Below are positions 48,245 through 58,251 of a stretch of 64,000 nt of DNA, piece by piece; positions within the stretch are counted from its first letter, which is position 1, and each line of letters opens with the position of its first letter. The position numbers and the translations under genes were made by a program. Below the pieces are notes generated by a model that did no database searches, was not told the DNA's origin, and saw only the letters and a list, made by a program, of their open reading frames with translations. Source of the stretch: a virus; the IMG/VR virus record IMGVR_UViG_3300023179_000035, positions 1 to 64,000 of that record; one strand, written 5' to 3'.

Positions 48245-50119
48245 CACGTTGAGGCGGTAGACCAGGTTGGAGCACCCCCAGATCTTGACGACGCCAGCCT
48301 CGTCTGCCACCTGGGCCTCCGTCATGCCGCGGGAGGGGTCAGCCTTGAACTTGAAGCGATCGAACCGCTTGTGATAGTCTGTCCACCAATAACGTGGACT
48401 AGTCTTTTTTTCCAAGATGAATCCTGACAGGACGTACCCGTTACCATCGCCTCCGAGTCGGGTGTCAACGTAAGATATGACGCTTGAAACGCCAGTTACC
48501 CTCGCCTCTTGAACAACTTTTTTGACCAACCTGCTCATTCCACCTGGGACCACTAGGTTAACCCTAGAGCAAAAGCGGGCTATCTCCAATGATTCGCTGT
48601 ACTTTTTGTGGAACGGTCGCCGTGCTGAGATTGCGGCCACCAGCTCTCCGTCTTTCGTCCTAAGACCGAAAGAAAAAGAGGCATTGACATCGCCATCGAG
48701 GTGGTTGAGCTCAAAAAATTCGCGACGTTCCTCTGGGCTGAGGCCGACGACGTCGCAGTCTCGAGCGTTGACCCTATCGTTGATCATCTGCAGCTTTGAT
48801 AGGATCGTCGACTTTACGACCTCCCGCTTGTCGTACCACTCGTCTTCGAAGATATGGACGAGAGACACCCCGTGCTTTTCACAAGATAAAGACTTTTGCT
48901 GGTGGTACCTAGCGTCTTTGCCTGGTTGTGTTTCACCGTGCCAGAATAGTCCATTAAACTCTATGGCAACCATCTTCTCCGGAACGAAGATGTCTAACTG
49001 CTTCTTACCGTCCAGGATTCCGACAACGTTCCGGCCAACGTAAAGGCCAAGCGACTGAAGCCAGTCAGCGATCTCATTCTGGCCACGCGACCCTATGGGA
49101 GTACACTTGGGGCACCTGTCTGCTCGCGCGCGGTCAAATGTGACTGCATCAGACCACCCACAAGACTTGCACCTGACGAGGATAGACGAGACGTAGACAT
49201 TTTTATAGCTTTCTATCTCGACGAGCTCTACTGCTTGGTTGCCTGACAACTTTTCTCTAACCACATCTTCTGACCAGTGGACGTGCTGGTACTCCTTCAT
49301 GGCGTCACGATTAGCCCAAAACTTGTCGATGCGTGGGTCTTCGGCTGCAGTTTTTCCAGCGTGCCACGCCTTGACACGTCCGGACTCATATGCTTGCCGG
49401 AGGGATTCATTCTTCTGCTTGACGCGATCGTCGACCTCTTCAGACAGGCCCTTGTGCCACTGCGACCTTATGCCGTTTGCAAAGTCTTCCTTCAAGCGCT
49501 GGGAAAACGCCAGTAGCCTTTCGTCGGTCTCTTTGGTTAGGCCCTTCGACCAGGCCTTTAGCTCGCCTTCATCAAAGGCCTTCTTCCTTCCTACGCTAGT
49601 TGCGGCAGCGCGGGCTGCCACCCGTTCGTCAGTTTCTTTGGTCAACCCCTTTGACCACCCTGTAGTTCCCCTCAGGGCGGCAGACCGCTTTGCGGCTATC
49701 TCCAACGCCTTCTCTTCTTCGTAGACTGAGTAGATGCTCGCGTTGTGACCGCATAGGACAGACGAGTACCCCTTTGCCCATCCAACCCACGTAGTCTGCC
49801 TTCCGCACCCACACTTGCAAAGTGCTGGACTAGCGTCCTTTAGTCGCAGCCACAGCTCCTCTGGAGAAACGCCGTGTCTCGCAGCGTGCTCTTCGACGCC
49901 TTCCTTAGAGGTCCTAAACTCTTCAGTGCACAGAGAACATTTTTCTGTCCCGGCGTTCTTCTTCCCATTATTGGACCGCGAGCACTTAACACAAGGAGAA
50001 CCCGCCTTCTCGGCCGCTCTACACTTTGCCTTGGACTTATGCTCGACGGTCGAGCCGCACTGGGGGCAGTGTCTTGACCATAAGGTCTCTTTTTCTTTAG
50101 CTTCCATCTTTTCTAGCAT
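48137..50119 (-). mobile_element. Hef-like endonuclease with Mom-like GNAT domain; copy 2
   Basis: Zinc fingers, CKCGCG, WSKGLTKETDER repeats, LDIFVPEKMVAIEFNGLFWH...IFEDEW, EIARF...SYVDTR...GNGY. Confidence 0.8.
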
Positions 50120-50219
50120 TGTACTTCATTTAATTAAGCTTTTGCATACGAAAAAAGTCGTATATGAACGTGCAGCTATACGTAACTTTGGCACTTAAAG
50201 TGCGAAGAGGAGACACACC

Positions 50220-50708
50220 ATGGCCGAGACACTCGACGTTTCATCAATGATTCCGAATAAGTTCGAACCAAAGCGCAAAAATAGATGGGTATTAATGATA
50301 GAAGGCATTGACGCCTACATCGTCAAGAGCGCCTCGCGCCCCACCTTCACCACGGACGAGGTTGAGATACCGTTCATCAACTCCCGCCGCTACGTGGCCG
50401 GCATGACCAAGTTTGAGACCATCTCGGTCAACCTCCACGACCCCATCGCTCCCTCGGGCGCCCAGCAGGTCATGGAGTGGATCCGTCTCCACTTCGAGTC
50501 GGTGTCGGGCCGCGCTGGCTACGCTGACTTCTACAAGAGGGACATCCAGCTTAAGATGCTTGATCCTGTCGGTACAGTGATAGAACTTTGGGACATCAAA
50601 GGCGCTTTCATTACATCGGCCAACTTCGGTGAGCTCGCGTATGATGGCGCAGATCCACAGGAGATCCAGCTCACGATTAGGTTCGACAACTGCGTGCTGC
50701 AGTTCTGA
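50220..50708 (+). CDS. Tail tube protein (gp19-like)
   Basis: FEPKRKNRW, SASRP, V.EW, YKRDI.L.MLDPVG..IE.W.IKGAF; GAGGAG SD. Confidence 0.9.
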   Translation: MAETLDVSSMIPNKFEPKRKNRWVLMIEGIDAYIVKSASRPTFTTDEVEIPFINSRRYVAGMTKFETISVNLHDPIAPSGAQQVMEWIRLHFESVSGRAGYADFYKRDIQLKMLDPVGTVIELWDIKGAFITSANFGELAYDGADPQEIQLTIRFDNCVLQF

Positions 50709-50765
50709 TTCGATAAAAATACCTACTGGGTTGCACAACTTCGAAGGCTGTGGTACATTTATGCC

Positions 50766-52418
50766 ATGGCCTTCGAACGCATTCGCTGCCCCCGCTGCGA
50801 CCTAACATTTGGACAAGAAGCTCGGTTCCTCGACCACCTGGTCGATGTCCACGGGATCCCGGATCATCTAGCCCTGTACCTTGAGCTCCACCACTGTGGC
50901 ATTCACCCGACCTGTCAGTGCTCGTCTGATTGTCAGGAGAAGCTGTCTTGGTCCGGGTGGAAGAAAGGGTTCCTGTCAAAGTTCGTCCGTGGCCACAACG
51001 CTCGCGTCGACTCTGTCTACCTCGACCCCGCACGCCAGGCTGAGTTCGCCAAGAAGAGGGCCGACGGCTACGCTGGCGGTAAGTACAAGGTCTGGAACGA
51101 CGGTCTGACCAAAGAGACGTCTGCGAAGGTTGCAGGTATGGCCGTGAAGACGTCTGCCACCCTTCAGGAGCTGTACTCTTCTGGTTATAACTCTTGGCAG
51201 AGTGGGAAGACGAAGGAAGAAGACCCCCGTGTTGCCAACATGGCCGCGTCCAGGGTTGCAGCGTTACGAGCGGGTGAGATCCATGTTTGGAACAAGGGCC
51301 TGACAAAGGAGGATGACCCGCGTGTTGAGCTGTTGTCGCAGAAGCTTTCAGCCTTAAAGCAGGCTTACGACCCGCGTCGCTTAACGCCGGCGGAGCTGCT
51401 GAATCGAGTCGAACAGTTTCCGCAGTTCTCACTCGTCACCCCGCCTAGTGAGTACCGCAACAAGTACCAGCGACTCAAGTTCAAGTGCATTGAATGTGGG
51501 ACCGAGCAGGAGAAGAACCTCATGATGCTAGAGTCTACTCCCGTCTGCTTCTCCTGCCACCCCAAAGAGTCCAAGGGCCAGCTGGAGCTCCTGGAGTTCG
51601 TCCGGTCCCTTGGGGTGGAAGCTGCCTCCAACGACAGGACGGTCCTGGCTCCCCTGGAGGTGGACGTCTGGGTCCCGTCCCACAAGTTCGGTGTGGAGTA
51701 CAACGGCCTCTACTGGCACTCCTCCCTCGTCATCGCAGACCAGAAGTACCACCAGGCCAAGCACGACGCTGCCCGAGCGGCAGGAGTCAGTCTCTTCAGC
51801 GTCTACGAGGACGAGTGGAGGGACAGGCGTCCCGTCGTGGAGGGCATGCTACGCCACCGCCTCAAGATGCCTGTCGAAGTGTTGGACGCCCGCAAGCTGA
51901 GGGTGGAGCAGCTGGACTCGGCCGTCGCTACAGGCTTCTTCCAGGCCTCCCACCTGGAGGGGGCGACACGCAGCGTCGCATCTTTCGGCCTCGTCGATGG
52001 GTCCGGCCGCGTGGTGGCCGCTTCTTCCCTCCGCCGCCCCTTCCACAAGCGGCACTCGGACACGCTTGAGGTGGCCAGGTCAGCCACCCTGCCTGGCGTC
52101 GCAGTCAGGGGCTGGCTAGGGAAGCTGACGCCTCACCTGGCCCGCTACGCTTCTTCTGCTGGCATGAAGGGCCTGATGACATACGTCGACGGCCGCGTCG
52201 GCGCCGGCGTTGGCTACGAGGCAGCCGGGTGGAAGCTGGAGCGGGCCTCTACCGGCCCCCGCTTCTGGTGGACAGACTTCGAGCGCAGGTACAACCGCTT
52301 TAAGTTCAAGGCCGATAAGTCCCGTGGCATGACGCAGGCCCAGGTGGCCCAGGAGGCGGGGGTCGTCGAGATCTATGGGTGCTCCAACTCCTCCTGGCGA
52401 CTTGACGTCGTACCGTAG
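50766..52418 (+). mobile_element. Hef-like endonuclease with Mom-like GNAT domain; copy 3
   Basis: C2H2 finger, WNKGLTKEDDPRV repeats, EVDVWVPSHKFGVEYNGLYWH...VYEDEW, EVARS...TYVDGR...GVGY; TTGCAC-N17-TACATT upstream. Confidence 0.8.
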
Positions 52419-52478
52419 GTCCCGCTGCAGGCCATCAGCTCCCCCGTTCCCAGATATTTAAACATCAGGGAGTTTGAC

Positions 52479-55400
52479 ATGTCAATATCAGCGAAGTACA
52501 CACCTGGCCAGGGTCTTGTCCAGTTCAATGGCGAGGATGGGGGCGTCGACTTTGGCGGCGCCCCTGTCAGTGGCTCTTTTGTCGGCGCCTTCAGCGGCTC
52601 CCACACCGTCGTCGGCGATGGATCGCCTTTCCTGGTGGCCGGGGCGAACGTCGTCATCACCACCGGGTCCAATGGGTCTATCACAGTAGCGGCCCCGGCC
52701 GTGCCGGCCTCCCCCGTCGGCCTTGACAAACAGGTCCAGTTCAATGACAGCGGCTCTCTGGCCGGCGACCCTGGCCTGACGTACGACAGGTACGATGGCC
52801 TCCTGACGGCGACGAAGGTCGGCACAACTTCCATCACGGCGGCCAGCGTCATTGTCTCGGGCACCACCGGTGGGCCGGGTGGAGGCTACCTCCAGATGCT
52901 ACCCGTCGATGCCGCGGGATCCATCCCGGCTAACCTGACCGCTTCATACGTCTACACCTCAGGCTCCACCAACGACCTCTATTTCACGCAGTACCAGGGA
53001 CCATACACCAACACCACACGTCTCCGGTGGCTGGAGAGCTACATGAGCACCGGCATCCTACACGGCGGCGTGGTATCCACGACCCCGGGAACAACGACAT
53101 TCAGCGTCGCTGCCGGTGAGGGAATCGTCGTCGCCCAGAACGCCTCCACTTCATCGTCACCGTACCCGACCATAAAGCTGGTCAAGTGGGATAATTTCGT
53201 AAACGTGCCGCTGGCGTACTCAGCCTCCGCCAAGATCACATACATTGGCATTGGTCCCGACGGGGACCTGATACAACAAACTCTTCCGTGGGGCTCCATC
53301 AACATCAATCAACACGATGAGGCGATTGACCTGGCTGCCGTCTTGCACCTCTCCGGAAATCTCACCACCGGTGTCTTCAATGCCCCGCAGGTCTCCTACG
53401 CCTCTAACCAGCAAACTGACGACTTCTTGCGTGCCTTTGGGCCCATGAAGCTATCGGGCCACACACTGGAAGCCTCAGGCTCCACGCTGGGCATCGTAAA
53501 GGCGGCCGGCAGGTCTTTCAAGCTGGGTGCCAACTACACGGTCGACCCGAGCCATCCCTCGACAATCGTCGAGGACACACCGGTGACTGTCTCCAAGATC
53601 GCTCGCTACTACGTCAGCGGCTCCACGCCCATCATCGACGTTGGCCCCGGGGCGGCAGGTTACACTTACATCGACCCGACACACTACAACAACAACGGCA
53701 CGCTCACCCTCGTCCCGAGCGGGTCCTGGACAATCCAACGCGTCTTCTGGGTGCCAAACTCTCCGACGGGCCTCTTCCTCGTCTACTACGGCAACACGGC
53801 CTACGCTGACGCATCCTCAGCCCAGGGTGGCATCAACAACGAACCGTTCATCGAGGCGCCCAACTCTGCTCAGAACGCGATCCTCTTGGGGTACATCATC
53901 CTCAGAGAGGACTGCACGGACCTCTCTGACGGGTTGGTCATCATCCAGCAAGCCGGGCTCTTCAGGCAGGTCGGTGGCGTAGGCGTCAGCGCCCAGCCAA
54001 CGGTTCCCACCCAACTGCAAGAGCTCGGAGACGTTTCCATCAGCGCCGGCTCCACGGGCGATATGTTGGTCTTCAATCAGACGACGGGCTTCTGGAGCAA
54101 CTCAAAGACACTCCAGAGCTTCACGGTCGGCACCGCCAACACGACTACGACCAACGCCACGACTGTGAACGCGTCGTACTTGACAGGCTCTCTCACGAAG
54201 CTGTCTGATGGATCGTCCTACCTCGTGGCCGGAGGAAACATGAGCGTCGTGACCGGCTCTAATGGGTCAGTCACGTTAGCCACGGTCAACAGCGGCACGA
54301 TACACGGAGTGACGGCCGGAACAGGCCTGACTGGCGGAGGAACATCAGGCGTCATCGTGGTGAACCTTTCGAACACCGGATCGGCCGGAACATACGGATC
54401 CGCTTCGCAAGTTCCCGTGTTCGTGACGGATCCGCAGGGTAGAGTAACCGCGGTATCAAACACGTCAATTCAGATAACCGAATCTCAGGTCACTGGCCTG
54501 GTGACCGACCTGGGGAACATAACGGGTTCTATTAATTCATTGTCTAGCTCGCTGGCTTCCCAGAAGGCCGACAAGATCACGACGATATCAGCTGGAACCG
54601 GGCTGGCTGGTGGTGGAGACCTCTCTGCAAACCGCACCATATCGATGCCCAACGTTGGGACCGCCGGGACCTACGGCTCCGCCGCGCTTGTCCCTGTCTT
54701 CACCACCGACGCGCAGGGCAGGGTTACAGCCGTGACCAACACTTCTGCCTCGCTGGATGCCTCCCAGGTGACCTCAGGAATTCTTTCTGTCGCCAGGGGT
54801 GGTACTGGATTGTCTTCTTCCGGATTATCTGGAAGCATCCTCACGAGCAACGGGACGGGTTGGGCCAGCTCGGTCCTGACCATCAACTCAGCCACGGCGG
54901 TCAACAACTCCGCTACTGCGTCGATATCTGTGGCTGACCCCACCCACTCCCATCCAGTATCATCGACCACAGCGGTCAATAACTCTGCCACGGCGTCGAT
55001 CTCGGTCACAGACCCGACCCACTCACACCCAATCTCTTCAACCACAGCCACCGTCCAGCCCCTGACTCTGGCGGCGCACGAGTCGTTTAACATCGCACAG
55101 AACATCGGCACCACCCTCGCTACGATCACCTTACCCGGTTCTACACCAGTCAGCCCATCGGCTCAGCCTGGAGTGCCAAGAAACATACAGGTCAACTTTG
55201 GCAACAACTGGAACGGCGGAAACATAACGGTGGCCGGCACAGACGTCTTTGGAAATGTGGTGTCAGAGACCTTCACGTCAAATCCCGGCAACCTCGCCGT
55301 CGGAACAAAGATCTTCTCTCTCATCAACGCCAACGGTATCACCCACACCTTGAACGGTACAGGCGGAGCTGGGCATAACGCAACGGTCCAGCTTGACTCC

Positions 55401-55748
55401 TACATCGGCGTCCTGAACATCCCAGTCGCTTCTTTCTTGAAGACGTCTGTCGCCGGGCTCAACGATTCCTTCTCATCCACCAACCTATCGAGCGGCAGCT
55501 TCGGAACCACCACGTCAATCAATGGGAACGTTGTCGACGTCTGGTACACCTACCAGGTGACCCCGGTCCAGAACTCACACACCCACGTGATAACCAGCGG
55601 GTCAACTGGCATCACTGCGACCGACGCAGGCCACAACCACACACAGAACTCCCACACGCACGTGCTGACCAGCGGCTCTACAGGGATCACCGCAAGTGAC
55701 GCAGGCCACAACCACACGCAGGCTTCGCATACCCATACACACAGCTAA
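52479..55748 (+). CDS. Tail fibre protein with HxH needle-type tip
   Basis: QVQFNDSG, AGTGL.GGG, two GTYGSA..VPVF.TD.QGRVT repeats, HSH/HTH/HNH repeats. Confidence 0.85.
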   Translation: MSISAKYTPGQGLVQFNGEDGGVDFGGAPVSGSFVGAFSGSHTVVGDGSPFLVAGANVVITTGSNGSITVAAPAVPASPVGLDKQVQFNDSGSLAGDPGLTYDRYDGLLTATKVGTTSITAASVIVSGTTGGPGGGYLQMLPVDAAGSIPANLTASYVYTSGSTNDLYFTQYQGPYTNTTRLRWLESYMSTGILHGGVVSTTPGTTTFSVAAGEGIVVAQNASTSSSPYPTIKLVKWDNFVNVPLAYSASAKITYIGIGPDGDLIQQTLPWGSININQHDEAIDLAAVLHLSGNLTTGVFNAPQVSYASNQQTDDFLRAFGPMKLSGHTLEASGSTLGIVKAAGRSFKLGANYTVDPSHPSTIVEDTPVTVSKIARYYVSGSTPIIDVGPGAAGYTYIDPTHYNNNGTLTLVPSGSWTIQRVFWVPNSPTGLFLVYYGNTAYADASSAQGGINNEPFIEAPNSAQNAILLGYIILREDCTDLSDGLVIIQQAGLFRQVGGVGVSAQPTVPTQLQELGDVSISAGSTGDMLVFNQTTGFWSNSKTLQSFTVGTANTTTTNATTVNASYLTGSLTKLSDGSSYLVAGGNMSVVTGSNGSVTLATVNSGTIHGVTAGTGLTGGGTSGVIVVNLSNTGSAGTYGSASQVPVFVTDPQGRVTAVSNTSIQITESQVTGLVTDLGNITGSINSLSSSLASQKADKITTISAGTGLAGGGDLSANRTISMPNVGTAGTYGSAALVPVFTTDAQGRVTAVTNTSASLDASQVTSGILSVARGGTGLSSSGLSGSILTSNGTGWASSVLTINSATAVNNSATASISVADPTHSHPVSSTTAVNNSATASISVTDPTHSHPISSTTATVQPLTLAAHESFNIAQNIGTTLATITLPGSTPVSPSAQPGVPRNIQVNFGNNWNGGNITVAGTDVFGNVVSETFTSNPGNLAVGTKIFSLINANGITHTLNGTGGAGHNATVQLDSYIGVLNIPVASFLKTSVAGLNDSFSSTNLSSGSFGTTTSINGNVVDVWYTYQVTPVQNSHTHVITSGSTGITATDAGHNHTQNSHTHVLTSGSTGITASDAGHNHTQASHTHTHS

Positions 55749-55757
55749 GGGATTGCC

Positions 55758-57857
55758 TTACAGCCCGTACGTCGCCTTGTCGTTGAGCCACAGCTGTTGG
55801 ACCTGCGCATCAGTAAGCGCGGCGAATTCACCATAGACCTCTACCTTACCGATGTCGCCCAGGAAGTAGCCGCTGTCAAACAGCCCGCCACCCCAGCCCA
55901 CCCATGAGGCGATACGCCAGTACGCACCTTCGTACTGGTATGGTGACGCGGTGATCGTCCCCTCGAGGTTTCCGTCGACGTAGATCTTCACGGTGCCTGT
56001 CCCAGTCGCCTGCGTGTTTGGGTCGAAGATGCAGGATGCGACGCAGTGGTGCCACACGCCGTCGTTGACGGGAGTCGTCGACAGGACCGTCCGCTGCATC
56101 GTGTCGAACACGCCGAACCCCAAGAGGCCCGTCGTGTCCTGCACGAACATGTGCCGATCATAACCCGAAGAGCCCTGGCCCACCTGGTTGTTCTCGAACC
56201 CGATGATCTTGCGGTCTGTCCACGGGGTCTTGACCCAGGCGGCCACGGTGAAGGTGTTCATCCCGGGTGACATGAGAGCTGATGTGTACGCATACTGTCC
56301 AGACATGTCTCCGCCGTAAGTCACCCGTGGTGGTGATGCTGAGACTGTAGGCCCGTTGACGAGATGTGCAGCGTTTCCGGGTGCACCGATGAGACCCGCG
56401 TAGGCTCCCGTGTCGGGTATAATTCCTGCGTCGTAGTTGGCTGGATCCCACCTGAAGTAGGGTGTTGGCAGCGATACTGGGGGAAGCGGATACCTGCTCT
56501 TTAGGCTCTCGTAGCTTCCTGAGACGTCTACACTGCTAAGCGCCCTGTCGTAGATCTTGACGAAGGGTATCGAGCCAGACACGTAGGACGTAGCGTCGTT
56601 GTAACCGTCCCACCGACGCCCGATGTTGACGTCTCCACCAGACGTCAGGCTGACCGAGCTCCACGCCGTCGAACCGCTGCTCGCTCCGTTGATGTAGAAC
56701 TTGACGTCTGACCCGTCGTACGTCGCGGCGAGGTGATACCACGTGTCCGTTACTGGGGTTAGAGTGTTAGGCGCGTTCTGCCAGCCGCCGCCCATAACGT
56801 TCTTGTACAGCCCACCAGCAATCTCGCTAGTGTCGTTGTTGCCTATCGAGAAGTTGACGTCATTGCCCCCATAATTGTTGGTAATCACGCCCAATGAACT
56901 AATGTTTGTCACGTCGCTGAACTTGACCCAGGTCTCCACCGTCCACCGTGTCAGGTCACCGAGGTCAGGCACTGTGGCGGCCTGGGTGCTGTCGGCATCG
57001 AACAGGATCGTGCCGCTGTTCGCCGAGCTGTAGGCCGGAGAGTTGAGCAGCGTCGCGTCGTTGTGCCACAGCCCGAGGTCGGACCACGTGGACCCGCTGC
57101 CGGGATAAGACGCCGGGATCGCTGCATCTAGGTAGACGAGCGGGCCGGCATACCTCGTGTTGAGGGAGTTGTAGCTGTTCGTCACCTCGGTCGCGGTGAT
57201 CGGCCTGTCGTACAGCCTGACCACAGCGATGTCCCCATCGGTGAATGAGCTGTCACCATCGTACTGCCCGATCTGCAGGTAGCTGGTCCGTGTGGTGACG
57301 GAGCACGTCTTGGTGTCAGACGCCACGAGGACGCCGTCCCTGTACAGCTTGGACAGGCCAGAGGCCCTGTCCCATGTCCCCACGAGGTGGTACCAGACCC
57401 CAGTCTCGATGGGTCCGGGGTCGAAGACCTGTTCGCCTGCCGCGACCTCCCACCTGATCTCTCCGCCGCTGGTGTAGATCAGGTTCATGTAGCCCGGGCT
57501 GTTAAAGACGACGATGCCCTGTTGCACTGCGAGGTCACGGAACTTGACGTAGACCTCCATCGTGAAGCCCTCCGTCAGGTCGACCGTCACGTCGCTCGGC
57601 GTTGTGGCGAAACCGTCTGTACCGTTGAAGTCTACTCTACCGCTGTGGTAGGCGTATCCGCCCTGCAGCGTCGCTGGGACCCCACTAATCAGGTCTGTCC
57701 ACGTCGTCCCAGCCCCTGGGTATGAAGTTGGGTTGCCGGCGTCAAAGAAGAGGACAGGCCCGCGGAGAGCTGCCTGATTCTCTTGGTAGCTAAACCCGTT
57801 GCCGAAGCCGTACGACTGGGCGAAGTTGAACGTCTGGTTGAAGCCAAAGTTCGACAT
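55758..57857 (-). CDS. Protein with three LamG/concanavalin A-like domains
   Basis: DAG..SYPG.G.TW.DL repeats; three WYH/WHH...Y.(D/N)G modules. Confidence 0.85.
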   Translation of the reverse strand: MSNFGFNQTFNFAQSYGFGNGFSYQENQAALRGPVLFFDAGNPTSYPGAGTTWTDLISGVPATLQGGYAYHSGRVDFNGTDGFATTPSDVTVDLTEGFTMEVYVKFRDLAVQQGIVVFNSPGYMNLIYTSGGEIRWEVAAGEQVFDPGPIETGVWYHLVGTWDRASGLSKLYRDGVLVASDTKTCSVTTRTSYLQIGQYDGDSSFTDGDIAVVRLYDRPITATEVTNSYNSLNTRYAGPLVYLDAAIPASYPGSGSTWSDLGLWHNDATLLNSPAYSSANSGTILFDADSTQAATVPDLGDLTRWTVETWVKFSDVTNISSLGVITNNYGGNDVNFSIGNNDTSEIAGGLYKNVMGGGWQNAPNTLTPVTDTWYHLAATYDGSDVKFYINGASSGSTAWSSVSLTSGGDVNIGRRWDGYNDATSYVSGSIPFVKIYDRALSSVDVSGSYESLKSRYPLPPVSLPTPYFRWDPANYDAGIIPDTGAYAGLIGAPGNAAHLVNGPTVSASPPRVTYGGDMSGQYAYTSALMSPGMNTFTVAAWVKTPWTDRKIIGFENNQVGQGSSGYDRHMFVQDTTGLLGFGVFDTMQRTVLSTTPVNDGVWHHCVASCIFDPNTQATGTGTVKIYVDGNLEGTITASPYQYEGAYWRIASWVGWGGGLFDSGYFLGDIGKVEVYGEFAALTDAQVQQLWLNDKATYGL

Positions 57858-57858
57858 C

Positions 57859-58251
57859 TCAGCCGACGCCGCCGTAGCCGTTCGACCCCGTGATTGTCAC
57901 AAAGTTCCTAGACGGGATGAACGTCAGCCCGCCGATGACTGTGTACGTCGGCGTGCCAGCTGAGCCTGAGATGAAGAGCCTGTCTACTCGCATGTCTGCC
58001 GAGAAAGACTCCGTGCCGTTGAGGATGAAGTAGTTGGAGTTGCTGGGCAGCAGGCCGTTCTCAGTGAAGGCCACTGCGATGTTAGAGCCGCTCGGGCTGG
58101 TGTTCCTGACGATGATGAACCTGGCGACGTAGCCGAAGTCTATCTCGTGGACATCCCCCAAGGCCACCTGGGAAGACGTGACGTACGGGGTGGCAGATAT
58201 CTGGTAAGAGGAGACGTAACCCTCGGCTGGGACAGCATAATTTAGTGGCAT
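57859..58251 (-). CDS. Hypothetical virion-associated protein
   Basis: YQISATPYVTSS; AAGGTG SD; ATAGTTA motif on the minus strand at 58271-58277. Confidence 0.7.
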   Translation of the reverse strand: MPLNYAVPAEGYVSSYQISATPYVTSSQVALGDVHEIDFGYVARFIIVRNTSPSGSNIAVAFTENGLLPSNSNYFILNGTESFSADMRVDRLFISGSAGTPTYTVIGGLTFIPSRNFVTITGSNGYGGVG

